64,000 nt of DNA from an uncultured Candidatus Binatia bacterium (GCA_965213675.1 OZ243916.1:2848001-2912000), one strand, 5' to 3'. Positions 1 through 9,863 are shown, counted from the stretch's first letter. Notes: generated from the sequence alone by a model not told the origin. Program-made: numbers and translations.

Positions 1-711
1 CGCGGGCGTCGGCCCTATGCCGGACGCAATCTCCAGGGTGTCGAACTGCCGCATGCCGTAACGCTTGGCGAAATAGTTGAGCGTGTCATGGTAGCTGACG
101 AACCGGATGCCGTTGAGGCTCCGGGCGTTCCTCTGCCACTCGGGTATGCGCCTGTCCAGCTCCGCCAGATAGGCCTTCAGGTTCTCCATGAAGAAAGGAC
201 GGTGCTCGGCGTAGGCTTTCGACAGGCCCTCCGCAACGTTCCGCGCGATGAGCTTGCCCAGGACCGGGTCCAGATTGTAGTGGGGGTTGCCCATGGGATG
301 GACGTCGCCTCCCTTGCGCGAAAGAGTCTCCGGCATCCCCAAGGGCACGACTCCGGTGGATGTATCGATATAGCCGATCCCTCCGCGTGATACTCGCGGG
401 TTGTCGGCCACGTCGAGCAAGGCCGGCAGGAACGAATGCTCCAGCGTGAGCCCCATCAACACCACCGCATCCGCGCGGTTGAGCAGGGTGACCATGCTCG
501 GCTTCACCTGAACGCTGTGGATATCGCGGACGCCCAGGGTCAGGCTCTTGACCGACACCCGGTCCCTGCCGATCTGCCGGGTGATGTCGGCCAAGTCCGG
601 GATCGTCGTGATCACCCGGATCTTCTGGGCCGCCACGGAACCCGAAAGTATCGAAACGAACGCCAGCGTGGCGACGAACGCCCCCAACTGCTTCGCGGAC
701 ACGCTCTTCAT
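1..711 (-). CDS. Metal (Zn/Mn) ABC transporter substrate-binding protein, ZnuA/TroA family; runs off the window edge
   Basis: Manual translation from ATG at 711: MKSVSAKQLGAFVATLAF...KIRVITTIPDLADITRQIG...DIHSVQVKPS...GDVHPMGNPHYNLDP...FVSYHDTLNYFAKRYG. Cluster A-I SBP motifs (NPH, YH); not in the ORF track because no stop lies within the window. Confidence 0.88.
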   Translation of the reverse strand, partial: MKSVSAKQLGAFVATLAFVSILSGSVAAQKIRVITTIPDLADITRQIGRDRVSVKSLTLGVRDIHSVQVKPSMVTLLNRADAVVLMGLTLEHSFLPALLDVADNPRVSRGGIGYIDTSTGVVPLGMPETLSRKGGDVHPMGNPHYNLDPVLGKLIARNVAEGLSKAYAEHRPFFMENLKAYLAELDRRIPEWQRNARSLNGIRFVSYHDTLNYFAKRYGMRQFDTLEIASGIGPTPA

Positions 712-722
712 GAGAAGTCCCC

Positions 723-2219
723 CTAACGCCGCTCACGAAAGCCATGCGTATGGCTGCCGAACACGGTGGTCCACTGAAGGTAGAACTGAGCGCCGTCGTT
801 CCCCGATGCCGCTCCGCCGACGTCATCCTTACCGTGGGTATACTGCAGACGCAGACGGTTGAACTCGCTGGGCGACCAGGAAATGTAAGGCGACACGCTC
901 TGCGTCTTGTTGTTGGGATTCTCCAGGTCGGGCGCGGAATCGAGCATCAGCCCTAGACTCCAACGGCCCTGAATCTCCGGATTGAGATTCCACTCCGCGT
1001 AGGCATAGCCGCCGCGGGCGGTGACCCGCCCCAAGTCATGGAACGTCTGGCGGTTGCTGAACCACTCGCCCGCGAGCGTGAACCCCTCATAGAAACCCGC
1101 AACCAGAGGCCGGTGCCGGAGTGTCACGTCGAGACCGAGCAGAGAGCGCTCGCTCCGTTCCTCCTCCATCTCCATCCTTGGCGTGAACGCCAACGAGGAA
1201 CCCACTTCGAAGTTCCAGGTCTCGCTCAGGTCGAAATAGGCATGCACCCGGCCCAGGTAGGTCAGGTGGCTGAGGAAGTGCTGGCCTCCAGAGGCGCCGT
1301 CCTCCGCATGTTCCTCGCCGTGGTCGTCATGTTCCTCACCGTGATCGTCATGATCCTCGCCGTCGTCGTCGTGATCCTCGCCGTCGTCGTCATGATCCTC
1401 GCCGTCGTCGTCATGATCCTCACCGTGATCGTCATGATCCTCGCCGTCGTCGTCGTGATCCTCGCCGTCGTCGTCGTGATCCTCACCGTGATCGTCGTGA
1501 TCCTCGCCGTGATCGTCATGATCCTCGCCGTGATCGTCGTGATCCTCACCGCCGTGCGCGTGGGAATGGCCGATTTCGTTGAACACGCCACCCGTGGCGG
1601 CCAGGTAGAACGGTGTCGGGAAGAGATAGCGCCATTGGACGCCGGTGCCCAAGGCCTCCCCGCCCACCATGCGGGTAAGAGACAACGGCGCATTGACGAA
1701 CGGGAGCTCGTGCTGATGAAACTGCGCCAGGCGGCCGAAATCCGCGAAGAACCGGCCGGCGGTGATGTTGACGGGCAGAGCGGTGGTTTGCACGGCCGCC
1801 TCTTCGATCTCGACCCCACCTTCCGAGCCGGTGATGAACGTATAGGCCCTGGCGTACGGATCTATTTCAGCCGACAGTCCGACCTCCAGCGTCCGGAACC
1901 TGAACTCTCCGTCGCTGTCACCCCTGTGTTCGAAAGTGGTGTCGAGGGACGCCCCGATGGAAGGATTCAGGATCGAGGGGCTCTTCTGAATCGATTTCAC
2001 CGACTGCTCCACCGAATCCACACGGGCGGCCTCCGCCTTCTTCTGCTCGAGCTCGTCGATGCGCTTCATCAGCCGGCCCATCTCCTCCTGCATCGCCTGC
2101 AAATTCTTCTTGAGCGCGTCCACCGGCTCTTGCGCCCCAGCCGGCGCCGCCAACCCGCAGGACAGCAAGAGCGCGAGGCACCCGGCAAACAACCTCTCCA
2201 TCACGAAAACCCGTCCCAT
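723..2219 (-). CDS. Outer-membrane beta-barrel protein with N-terminal coiled coil and His/Asp-rich loop, probably metal uptake
   Basis: Signal peptide, coiled coil, FGRLAQFHQHELPF motif, alternating beta strands, C-terminal LQWTTVFGSHTHGF; co-oriented with the metal SBP and divergent from a Fur-family gene. Confidence 0.75.
   Translation of the reverse strand: MGRVFVMERLFAGCLALLLSCGLAAPAGAQEPVDALKKNLQAMQEEMGRLMKRIDELEQKKAEAARVDSVEQSVKSIQKSPSILNPSIGASLDTTFEHRGDSDGEFRFRTLEVGLSAEIDPYARAYTFITGSEGGVEIEEAAVQTTALPVNITAGRFFADFGRLAQFHQHELPFVNAPLSLTRMVGGEALGTGVQWRYLFPTPFYLAATGGVFNEIGHSHAHGGEDHDDHGEDHDDHGEDHDDHGEDHDDDGEDHDDDGEDHDDHGEDHDDDGEDHDDDGEDHDDDGEDHDDHGEEHDDHGEEHAEDGASGGQHFLSHLTYLGRVHAYFDLSETWNFEVGSSLAFTPRMEMEEERSERSLLGLDVTLRHRPLVAGFYEGFTLAGEWFSNRQTFHDLGRVTARGGYAYAEWNLNPEIQGRWSLGLMLDSAPDLENPNNKTQSVSPYISWSPSEFNRLRLQYTHGKDDVGGAASGNDGAQFYLQWTTVFGSHTHGFRERR
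1299..1550 (-). repeat. 21-bp coding tandem repeat, about 12 copies encoding GE(D/E)HDD(H/D)
   Basis: Directly visible gatcctcgccgtcgtcgtcat-type units. Confidence 0.95.
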
Positions 2220-2259
2220 CAGCGTCTCCCTTCTGCTTACAGAGCTCGATACCCGACAC

Positions 2260-2286
2260 TTTATTAATAAGAAAATATCAATTAGT
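2260..2286. promoter_or_regulatory. Candidate Fur/Zur operator
   Basis: AT-rich TTATTAATAAGAAAATATCAATTA in a GC-rich genome, just upstream of the metal uptake genes and divergent from the Fur-family gene; loose resemblance to Fur-type boxes. Confidence 0.45.
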
Positions 2287-2494
2287 CAACCATTATGACG
2301 TCGCATATAAGGCATTTGGTGATAAGATGTACTTGGTACTAGCAGGAGTATATCAATATACTGGCGGGTCTGGACGGGTGTGGCCGAAAGGACCTCCTGC
2401 TTTGCATGTCCGAAGCCCAGTGGTGTACAATCGGTGGCCTCTTATTTAGGAAGAGGACGGAACGCACCGCCCGCGGCAGGATCGGGAGACTCCC

Positions 2495-2929
2495 ATGACC
2501 GACGAAAAACGCCACGCCGAAGAAGCCGCTTCCCAGCATCGCCCCCGCGCCAAACGGCGGACACGGCAACGAAGCGTCATCCAGCGGGTGCTGCTGGAAG
2601 CCAACCGGCCGCTCAGCCCCCACGACATCCTCCAGGCCGCGCAGGCCACGGCGCCCGGACTGGGCATCGCCACCGTCTACCGCGCGATCCACACCATGAT
2701 CACAGAGGGCACCCTGGTCGCCGTGAACATTCCCGGAGAGGCTCCCCGCTACGAGACCGCGGGAAAGGAACACCACCATCACTTCCAGTGCCGGACCTGC
2801 GACGACATCTTCGACATCCAGGGTTGCCCGCCGGCCATCCAGCAACTCGCCCCCAAGGGTTTCCGGCTCGAAGGCCACCAGGTCGTGCTCTACGGCGTGT
2901 GCCCCCCGTGCACGGGAATGCCCGCGTAG
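2495..2929 (+). CDS. Fur-family transcriptional regulator (Zur-like)
   Basis: RTRQR, GIATVYR, HHHHFQCRTC and C-terminal GVCPPC motifs; RBS GGGAG. Confidence 0.92.
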   Translation: MTDEKRHAEEAASQHRPRAKRRTRQRSVIQRVLLEANRPLSPHDILQAAQATAPGLGIATVYRAIHTMITEGTLVAVNIPGEAPRYETAGKEHHHHFQCRTCDDIFDIQGCPPAIQQLAPKGFRLEGHQVVLYGVCPPCTGMPA

Positions 2930-3080
2930 ACAGACTTGCGTTTCCCCATACGATGACGTATCGCGGGATGACGTATCGCGGAAGTGGTTCTTGCGACCCG
3001 CTCACTCGCTTTGCCTTCGCGGCACGGCCCTTGGCGGGTCAAGGCCAGCCGTGCCGTGAACCCCGCCACAGGAGACCCAT

Positions 3081-3587
3081 ATGAGCGCCCTGCGTATCGA
3101 ACAGGAAGGAATGCCGGCACAGGAGCTGGATTTCCGGCAACTCGCGGAACTGGACGGCCAGATCGCCGACGTCGGCGCACTGATCCCGGGCCGGGTCGGC
3201 GGCGCGGTGACGCTTCAGGCCGTCCTCGACCGGCTCAATCCGGACCGGGACCTCGACCACCTGACGGTGGAGTCCACCGACGGCGGCTTCGCCGCCAGCG
3301 TGCCGCTGGAGGCGCTGCGTCACGCGGTCATCGCCTACCGCGCCGGCGACGAGCCGCTGCCCCGGGACAAGGGCGGGCCGCTGCGGTTCCTGATCCCCGA
3401 CGACGAGGGCTGCGCCACCGGCGGCGCCGACGCCTGCGCCAACGTAAAGTTCGTGGGCACGCTGCGCTTGACCAGGGGGAAGGGCAAGGACACGCGCCCT
3501 GCCACGCCGCGACAACACGCCGGCCTGCACGAGCGCGAACGGCAAGAGGGACGCCAAGGGCCTACGCCGCAGAAGATGGATCGTTGA
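3081..3587 (+). CDS. Small molybdopterin-dependent oxidoreductase-like domain protein
   Basis: STDGGFAASVPL...PLPRDKGGPLRFLIP...ANVKFV resembles the Oxidored_molyb core; RBS AGGAG. Confidence 0.65.
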   Translation: MSALRIEQEGMPAQELDFRQLAELDGQIADVGALIPGRVGGAVTLQAVLDRLNPDRDLDHLTVESTDGGFAASVPLEALRHAVIAYRAGDEPLPRDKGGPLRFLIPDDEGCATGGADACANVKFVGTLRLTRGKGKDTRPATPRQHAGLHERERQEGRQGPTPQKMDR

Positions 3588-3614
3588 ATTGTCACGCCCC
3601 CGGATCGTCATGAT

Positions 3615-3838
3615 CGTCATTCCCGCAGAACAGGCTGTGTCAAAGGTCGCCTGGACAAGAACTGGCACCAAACCCCCGAATCGTCATTCCCGCGGAAGCG
3701 GGAATCCAGGGGCGAGGAGAGGTGAAACGGGCGTACTCCCCGCCTCTCCCCGCCTGGATTCCCGCTTCCGCGGGAATGACGTATTCGTTACGTCCTGGTC
3801 TGCAGTGTTTTGACACGGTCTGCTGCGCGGAAATGACG
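3615..3838. repeat. Nested CGTC-type REP composite element (REP arm / GGCTGTGTCAAA IR / REP doublet / TTTTGACACGG IR / REP arm)
   Basis: cgtcattcccgc..acaggctgtgtcaaa..cgtcattcccgcggaagcgggaatcc..ggattcccgcttccgcgggaatgacg..ttttgacacggtctg..ggaaatgacg. Confidence 0.9.
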
Positions 3839-3864
3839 AAACCCGGGCCGAGAAAGGAAACTGA

Positions 3865-5001
3865 ATGGCTTCACTCAAGGACAAGTACGCGATCGTGGGC
3901 GTGGGACACTCGGCCTTGGGCAAGGTGCCGGAACTGAGCGACTACGGCCTGCAGGTGACGGCGGTGAAGGCCGCCCTGGACGACGCCGGCCTCACGAAGA
4001 ACGACGTCGACGCGGTCCTCACCCACAGCCACCTGCTGGGCGCGGTGCGGGTGCACCACCAGAATCTCTCGGAGCGGCTGGGCATCGACTCCGCCTTCGG
4101 CGTTTCGCTGTCGTCGGGTGGGGCGACCTCATGCCTCATGGTGCAGGTGGCCGCGGCGGCCATTGAGGCGGGTTTCTGCAAGACCGTGCTGTGCGTGCAC
4201 GGCGACAAGGGCGCCACCCGCAAGACCGTGAGCCGGGGCGAGGGCGGCGGCGAGTTCGGTCCCGAGTACGGCCTGTTCGGCGCCGCCGGGCAGCACGCCT
4301 TCGGGCTCACCCGGCACATGCACGAATACGGCACCACCCACGACCACATGGGCGCCATCGCGGTGGCCTGCCGCAAGCACGCGCAACTGAACCCCGTGGC
4401 CGCCATGCAGGCCGACATGACCCTGGAGGATTACCACAACTCGCGCTGGATCGTGTGGCCGTTTCACCTGTTCGACTGCTGCCTACGGAGCGACGGCGCC
4501 GCCGCGGTCATCGTCACCTCCGCCGAGCGCGCCAAGGACATGAAGCAGCGCCCCGTCTATGTCACGGGCATGGGCCGCGCCAACAACTCCCGCGGCTACA
4601 TATGGGGCGACCACATGACCGAGCTGGGCGCCAAGGAGTCCGGCGCCCAAGCGTTCGCCATGGCCGGCCTCAAGCCCGCGGACATCGACACCGCGCAGAT
4701 CTACGACTGCTTCACCTACATCCTCATGGCCACGCTGGAGGACTACGGCTTCTGCAAGAAGGGCGAGGGCGGCCCGTTCGTGAGCGGCGGCCGCATCGAG
4801 CTGGGCGGCGAACTGCCCACCAACACGTCCGGCGGGATGCTGTCCGAGTGCTACATCGAGGGCATGCTCCAGATCGTCGAGGGCGTGCGCCAGTTGCGCG
4901 GCGAATGCGGCCCGCGCCAGGTCCAGGACGCCGAAACCGCCATCATCAGCGGCAACGGCGGCAACGCCGTGTGCCACTCGACGCTGATACTGCGCAATTG
5001 A
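3865..5001 (+). CDS. Thiolase-family protein (SCP2/Ltp2-like)
   Basis: AIVGVG, DCCLRSDGAAAVIV, IYDCFT and NTSGGMLSE motifs; adjacent OB-fold partner. Confidence 0.9.
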   Translation: MASLKDKYAIVGVGHSALGKVPELSDYGLQVTAVKAALDDAGLTKNDVDAVLTHSHLLGAVRVHHQNLSERLGIDSAFGVSLSSGGATSCLMVQVAAAAIEAGFCKTVLCVHGDKGATRKTVSRGEGGGEFGPEYGLFGAAGQHAFGLTRHMHEYGTTHDHMGAIAVACRKHAQLNPVAAMQADMTLEDYHNSRWIVWPFHLFDCCLRSDGAAAVIVTSAERAKDMKQRPVYVTGMGRANNSRGYIWGDHMTELGAKESGAQAFAMAGLKPADIDTAQIYDCFTYILMATLEDYGFCKKGEGGPFVSGGRIELGGELPTNTSGGMLSECYIEGMLQIVEGVRQLRGECGPRQVQDAETAIISGNGGNAVCHSTLILRN

Positions 5002-5013
5002 CCGGAGAGCCGA

Positions 5014-5175
5014 GGAGCCTGCGCCGCAGGGATTCGCGAAAGCGAAAATTCGCTATCGCCGTCCCTTCGGTCGGTCGATTGAGGAGAATATCAGGTCATA
5101 TTTGACGAAATCGAGCGGCCGAAGAGACGGATGAGAGCGGATTTGCAGCCGTGAAGTCCTGCGACGCAGGCGTCC
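5014..5175 (+). repeat. About 160-bp hairpin-forming MITE/IRU-like element, copy 1
   Basis: Terminal IRs ggagcctgcgccgcagg...cctgcgacgcaggcgtcc; near-identical inverted copy at 48039-48199. Confidence 0.85.
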
Positions 5176-5278
5176 TAGGGACGCAGGTCGCAGGAGCGAA
5201 GCATTATCCGACAAGGCGACACGGACGAAGGAACGCCCGTTGCCGCCGGGAAATGCAGAACGATAGAGGGAGACCGCC

Positions 5279-5686
5279 GTGAGCGACTACGCCAAACCGA
5301 TTCCGACCCCGTCCGAGGACTCCCGGATCTACTGGGAAGCCACGAAAAACCACGAACTGAAGTTGCAGCAGTGCCGCGTGTGCGGCGCCTTCCGATTCCC
5401 GCCCGCCGAGGTGTGCCCCGAGTGCACCTCCGACGCGTACGACTGGAAACCCGTCTCCGGCAAGGGCCGCGTTTTCTCATTCGTCATCTACCACCGCGCC
5501 TATCAACGCGGTTTCGCGGACGAGCTACCCTACGTGGTGGCCGTCATCGAGCTTGACGAGGGACCGCGCATGCTCTCCAACGTCACCGGCTGCAAGCCCG
5601 AGGAAGTGCGCTGCGACATGCCCGTGGAGGTGGTCTACGAGGACATCACCGACGAAGTAAGCCTGCCCAAATTCCGGCCGGCGTAA
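5279..5686 (+). CDS. Zn-ribbon/OB-fold protein (DUF35, ChsH2-like)
   Basis: CRVC...CPEC, SGKGRVFSF, PYVVAVIELDEGPRMLSN. Confidence 0.92.
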   Translation: MSDYAKPIPTPSEDSRIYWEATKNHELKLQQCRVCGAFRFPPAEVCPECTSDAYDWKPVSGKGRVFSFVIYHRAYQRGFADELPYVVAVIELDEGPRMLSNVTGCKPEEVRCDMPVEVVYEDITDEVSLPKFRPA

Positions 5687-5717
5687 ACCGCGAGAGATCT
5701 GCGGCGCCCCCCTCTTC

Positions 5718-5964
5718 CGTCATTCCGGCGAAACAGTCTGTGTCTAAACTCCAGAGGCACTACGTAACAGAACGTCATTCCCGCGAAAGCTTGCCCTCGA
5801 CCCCGATCGGGGGCGGGAATCCAGGGGCGGTGGTGGGGCACTGCAACGGCGTTTCCCCGCCTCGCCACCCCTGGATTCCCGCTTCCGCGGGAATGACTTC
5901 TCGGGGGTTTGGTGCAATTCTTGCCCGGTGACGTTTTGACACAGCCTGTTCCGCCGGAATGACG
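5718..5964. repeat. Nested CGTC-type REP composite element
   Basis: Same architecture as 3615-3838; inner spacer nearly identical to that of 53108-53325; one REP loop carries a ttgccctcgaccccgatcgggg insert. Confidence 0.9.
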
Positions 5965-6020
5965 GAGCAGGGGCGCGGGAATGACCGTGATGGGGCCTGT
6001 TGCCGCAAAGGAGAACAACC

Positions 6021-7436
6021 ATGTCCTATCGCGACCTGAGGGAGTGGCTGGAGCAGGTGGACGCCATGGGCGAGTTGCGCCGGATTCCCGGCTGCGACTG
6101 GAACCTGGAGATCGGCGCCCTGGCGGAGATGGCCGGGCGCGGTCAGGACGCCTCCGCGCTGCTGTTCGACAACATCAAGGACTACCCCGAAGGCCACCGG
6201 GTGCTGGTGGGCATGGTGGAGTCGCTCAAGCGCGCGGCCCTCACCACCAACCTGCCCACGGACATCACCCGCAACGAATTCATCGCCGCCTGGAAGGAAC
6301 GCCTCAACAACCCCAAGCTGATCCCGCCGGAGTACGTGGACGAGAGCCCGCTCTACGAGAACGTGTTCACCGGCAAGGACGTGGACGTGCTCAAGCTGCC
6401 GGTGCCCAAGTGGCATGACGAGGACGGCGGTCGCTACATCGGCACCGCCCACGTGGTCATGACCCAGGACCCGGACGAGGGCTGGGTGAACATGGGCACC
6501 TACCGCACCATGGTCCACGAAAAGGACCGCCTGGCGGTCTACATCTCGCCGGGCAAGCACGGCCGCATCCACCGCCAGAAGGCCTTCGACCAGAACAAGC
6601 CCCTCAAGGTGGCCATCTCATTCGGCCAGGACCCGCTGCTGTTCCTGCTGTCCTCGCGGCAGATCCCTTGGGGTGAGCAGGAGCTGGACTACGCCGGCGG
6701 CATCAAGGGCGCGCCCATCGACGTCATCCGCGGCGAGTTCACCGGCCTGCCCATTCCCGCCCACGCCGAGATCGCCATCGAGGGCGAGATCATGCCCGAC
6801 GAGACCCGCGACGAGGGCCCCTTCGGCGAGTGGCCCGGCTATTACGCCAGCGGCTCGCGCCAGGAACCGGTGGTGCACGTCAAGAGCCTGATGTACCGAA
6901 ACAACCCCATCCTCACCGGCTCGCCGCCGTTCCGGCCGCTGCCCGGCGCCGACGGCTGCACCTCGCTGATACGGGCCGCGTTCATCTGGGATTCCATGGA
7001 AAAGGCGGGCGTCCCCGACGTCACCGGCGTCGCCTGCTACCAGAACCGCTTCTTCACCGCCGTCTCCATCCGCCAGCGCTACCCCGGCCACGCCAAGCAG
7101 GCCGCCTTGATCGCCAGCCAGAACCACACCGGCGCCTACCTCGGCCGCTACGTGGTGGTGGTGGACGACGACATCGACGTCGCCGACCTGAACGACGTCG
7201 TGTGGGCCATGTGCACCCGCTGCAACCCCGCCGACTCCATCGACATCCTGCGCCGCACCTGGAGCGGCCCCCTCGACCCCATCATCCCCCGCGACCAGAA
7301 AGGCCACAACTCCCGCGCCATCATCGACGCCTGCCGCCCCTACGAATGGATCAATGACTTCCCGCCCGTGTCGGGAGCGAGCGCGGAGCTGAAGGCGGAG
7401 GTGCTGGAGAAGTATGGGGGGTATTTGAAGGGGTGA
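6021..7436 (+). CDS. UbiD-family (de)carboxylase
   Basis: MSYRDLREWL, DGGRYIGT, NMGTYR, EGPFGEWPGYY, VVVDDDID; ATG at 6021 after RBS AAGGAG. Confidence 0.93.
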   Translation: MSYRDLREWLEQVDAMGELRRIPGCDWNLEIGALAEMAGRGQDASALLFDNIKDYPEGHRVLVGMVESLKRAALTTNLPTDITRNEFIAAWKERLNNPKLIPPEYVDESPLYENVFTGKDVDVLKLPVPKWHDEDGGRYIGTAHVVMTQDPDEGWVNMGTYRTMVHEKDRLAVYISPGKHGRIHRQKAFDQNKPLKVAISFGQDPLLFLLSSRQIPWGEQELDYAGGIKGAPIDVIRGEFTGLPIPAHAEIAIEGEIMPDETRDEGPFGEWPGYYASGSRQEPVVHVKSLMYRNNPILTGSPPFRPLPGADGCTSLIRAAFIWDSMEKAGVPDVTGVACYQNRFFTAVSIRQRYPGHAKQAALIASQNHTGAYLGRYVVVVDDDIDVADLNDVVWAMCTRCNPADSIDILRRTWSGPLDPIIPRDQKGHNSRAIIDACRPYEWINDFPPVSGASAELKAEVLEKYGGYLKG

Positions 7437-7505
7437 GGGAGGCGCAGACGTCACTTCACATTATACTTCACATAGCGTAAGCTGGGAGAGAGAAGCTCGG
7501 GCGTC

Positions 7506-8312
7506 ATGACCACGACATTGCCACCCCCCATGAGTGGCGCTTCGCCCGCCGAAGTGCCGCTTCCGCATGCCCCCTTGGAACGGGTCATCGCACAGGTCCG
7601 GTTCCCAACGATCCTGTCCATTCGCAATCCTGAAAAGGTGGCGACCTTCCAGGAGAAGATTCGGCGGACATACCCCGTCTTGAATCAGGAACAGGTCCGC
7701 CGAGTAGTATTGAATGCGGATCAGCCGGCATCGGATCCCAAGATTCAGGAAGATGTCGTGTGGCGTTTTAGCGACCGGGATCGCAAGTGGCGGATTTCGC
7801 TCGCTACGGACTTCGTTGCACTGGAAACGACAAGCTACGACAACCGTCAAGATTTCTTGACACGCCTGCGGTCAATCGTTGGTGCTGTCGAAACAACCAT
7901 GAACCCGCAAGAGGCGTTCCGTCTCGGGGTACGGTACATAGATCGGATTACGGGTCCCGCCCTGCGGGACATTTCAAAGTTTATTCGGCGGGAAGTCCTG
8001 GGTGTTTCCTTGTCTCCTATTGGTGCCGCGGCTCAAACCGTACTGACGCAAACGCAGTTCCGTGCCGAGGAAGGATCACTCCAGGCCCGCTGGGGGCTCT
8101 TACCTGCGAACGGTACCATCGATCTGGGCACTCTCGAACCCATAGACGAGCCCTCTTGGATCCTGGATCTGGACATGTCCTCGACTGAACCCCTGGACTT
8201 TTCCGCCGACATCCTAGGCAACGCGGCGGAAAAGTTTGCCGCACGCGTCTATTCAGTATTCCGCTGGATGGTGAGCGCCGACTTCTTGCGTTTCTATGGA
8301 GGGCAACCATGA
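7506..8312 (+). CDS. TIGR04255-family protein (function unknown), gene 1 of cassette A
   Basis: LPHAPLERVIAQVRFP...WRF...FVALETTSY...RLGVRYIDRI...ILDLD pattern characteristic of the family, recalled from memory and not searched. Confidence 0.8.
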   Translation: MTTTLPPPMSGASPAEVPLPHAPLERVIAQVRFPTILSIRNPEKVATFQEKIRRTYPVLNQEQVRRVVLNADQPASDPKIQEDVVWRFSDRDRKWRISLATDFVALETTSYDNRQDFLTRLRSIVGAVETTMNPQEAFRLGVRYIDRITGPALRDISKFIRREVLGVSLSPIGAAAQTVLTQTQFRAEEGSLQARWGLLPANGTIDLGTLEPIDEPSWILDLDMSSTEPLDFSADILGNAAEKFAARVYSVFRWMVSADFLRFYGGQP

Positions 8313-8977
8313 GTCTGCCAGGGGCCGTGGCACTCAACATCGCAACTTCTGCTGGTGGCGCAATGCAGAGCCAGCCTAGGTTTGGGCGAGTCAGCGTGCG
8401 TGCGGACTTTGCCGAGCCGGCAACTATAAGCTCCTACGATTCCGTCGTGTTTTGGCCGGAAACACTTGCCAACCCCTCGCTCCCGATCCTGCTCCATGGA
8501 AAACCCGAGGCTGTACAACACGGGCGGAGTGTTGCGGAGATCCGACGCCTTTCAGGCCTGACGTGGGACGAACTGGCTGGTCTCATGCACGTCTCACGAA
8601 GAAGTCTTCACCATTGGGTTAGCGGGAAACCGGCTAGCGCTGAACACCAGACGCGACTGCAGCGGCTTCTTGGAGCGCTACGCCGTCTCGACCGGGGCGA
8701 CAGCTCACAGAATCGGGCGCTGCTCCTTGCGCCCGACGACACGGGAACGCTTTTGCTGGACTTGCTTAAAGCCGGACAATACGACGCCGCGGTGATAGCC
8801 GTTGGAGAAGCAGCGCCGTCGCGTCTTTCCCCGAGTACCGAACTGAGTGCGACGGCGCGAGCATCCCGTATCCCGCCGGCTCCAGCGGCTCTTGTCGACG
8901 CCAAACAGGATCGCCCCAGCGGTTCACATCGAGCGGTAGTCAAGAAACCGTTGAGGCACCCTAAGCCCGGCGTCTAG
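8309..8977 (+). CDS. XRE-type HTH protein with N-terminal extension, gene 2 of cassette A (putative antitoxin)
   Basis: IRRLSGLTWDELAGLMHVSRRSLHHWVSGK HTH; ATGA overlap with the upstream stop. Confidence 0.75.
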   Translation: MSLPGAVALNIATSAGGAMQSQPRFGRVSVRADFAEPATISSYDSVVFWPETLANPSLPILLHGKPEAVQHGRSVAEIRRLSGLTWDELAGLMHVSRRSLHHWVSGKPASAEHQTRLQRLLGALRRLDRGDSSQNRALLLAPDDTGTLLLDLLKAGQYDAAVIAVGEAAPSRLSPSTELSATARASRIPPAPAALVDAKQDRPSGSHRAVVKKPLRHPKPGV

Positions 8978-8984
8978 CCAACCC

Positions 8985-9863
8985 ATGCCGTCCTTGCGTG
9001 CCGAAGACGTAACGCGCATCGATAGGGCGCTCCGATCTTGGCGCCAAGGGGATGTGGCCTTTGACGAGGATGTCTTCTTCCTCCATTTGGCCGACTTGCG
9101 GACACCACTCACGAATGAAGCGCAAGAGACCGCCAAGGCCCGCACTGACTCCGGCGAAGGCATGGCGGTGGAAGGCGTGGCTAGCGTAGTCTCCGGAGTC
9201 GTTCTTGTGACCCAAACGTGTGATATCGTGCGTTCGTGCGCCGAGCGACCCTATGTCGACGTGTCTCCACTGATCAAAGTTTCCGGACCTTTCCTCAACG
9301 ACGTCCGCCGGTTACGCCGCCCTGCCTTTGCACATGTGCCTGCGGTGGAAACACAAGGGCTTGTTGCTGACCTGGATCGGACCATGACCCTAGAAAAAGC
9401 GATTATTGCCGCTTGGGAACGGACACCCGGCTGGAGCACAGACGCGGAATCCCGTGCGTTCGCCGAGGCACTCTCAAGGAAACGAGCCCGGTTTGCCTTT
9501 CCAGACGACTTTGTCGCCGCCACCCAGCGCCTACAAGCCCACCTCAAGAGGCGACACAATCGTCAGAGCAGTGAGGGTGCTCACCTCCAGTCGCTTCGTG
9601 AAATTCGCGTCCGTGCAGCTCCATCTTGGGATGACCCTGCCGTGAGCCTGTTCCTATGGTTCGTGAAGGAAGCCGACCCGCCAGGGTTCGACCCCAAGTG
9701 GGACGCCTATATCGACAAGTGGAAGGACAGACTCGATGTCACAGGTCGATTCGCCGTCGATGGCGCGATCGTTTGCAGCCTGGAGGATATGACTGCGCAG
9801 GACTACGTGGAAAGCGATAGGCTAGATCTGGATCAGTTGTCCTCCCTCGACTCGCATCGGTAA
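8985..9863 (+). CDS. Hypothetical protein, possible PemK/MazF-like fold, gene 3 of cassette A
   Basis: WRQGD...VLVTQTCDIV...VDVSPL...LVADLDRTMTLEK spacing parallels PemK/MazF strand order; the ORF is solid, the fold is inferred. Confidence 0.6.
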   Translation: MPSLRAEDVTRIDRALRSWRQGDVAFDEDVFFLHLADLRTPLTNEAQETAKARTDSGEGMAVEGVASVVSGVVLVTQTCDIVRSCAERPYVDVSPLIKVSGPFLNDVRRLRRPAFAHVPAVETQGLVADLDRTMTLEKAIIAAWERTPGWSTDAESRAFAEALSRKRARFAFPDDFVAATQRLQAHLKRRHNRQSSEGAHLQSLREIRVRAAPSWDDPAVSLFLWFVKEADPPGFDPKWDAYIDKWKDRLDVTGRFAVDGAIVCSLEDMTAQDYVESDRLDLDQLSSLDSHR

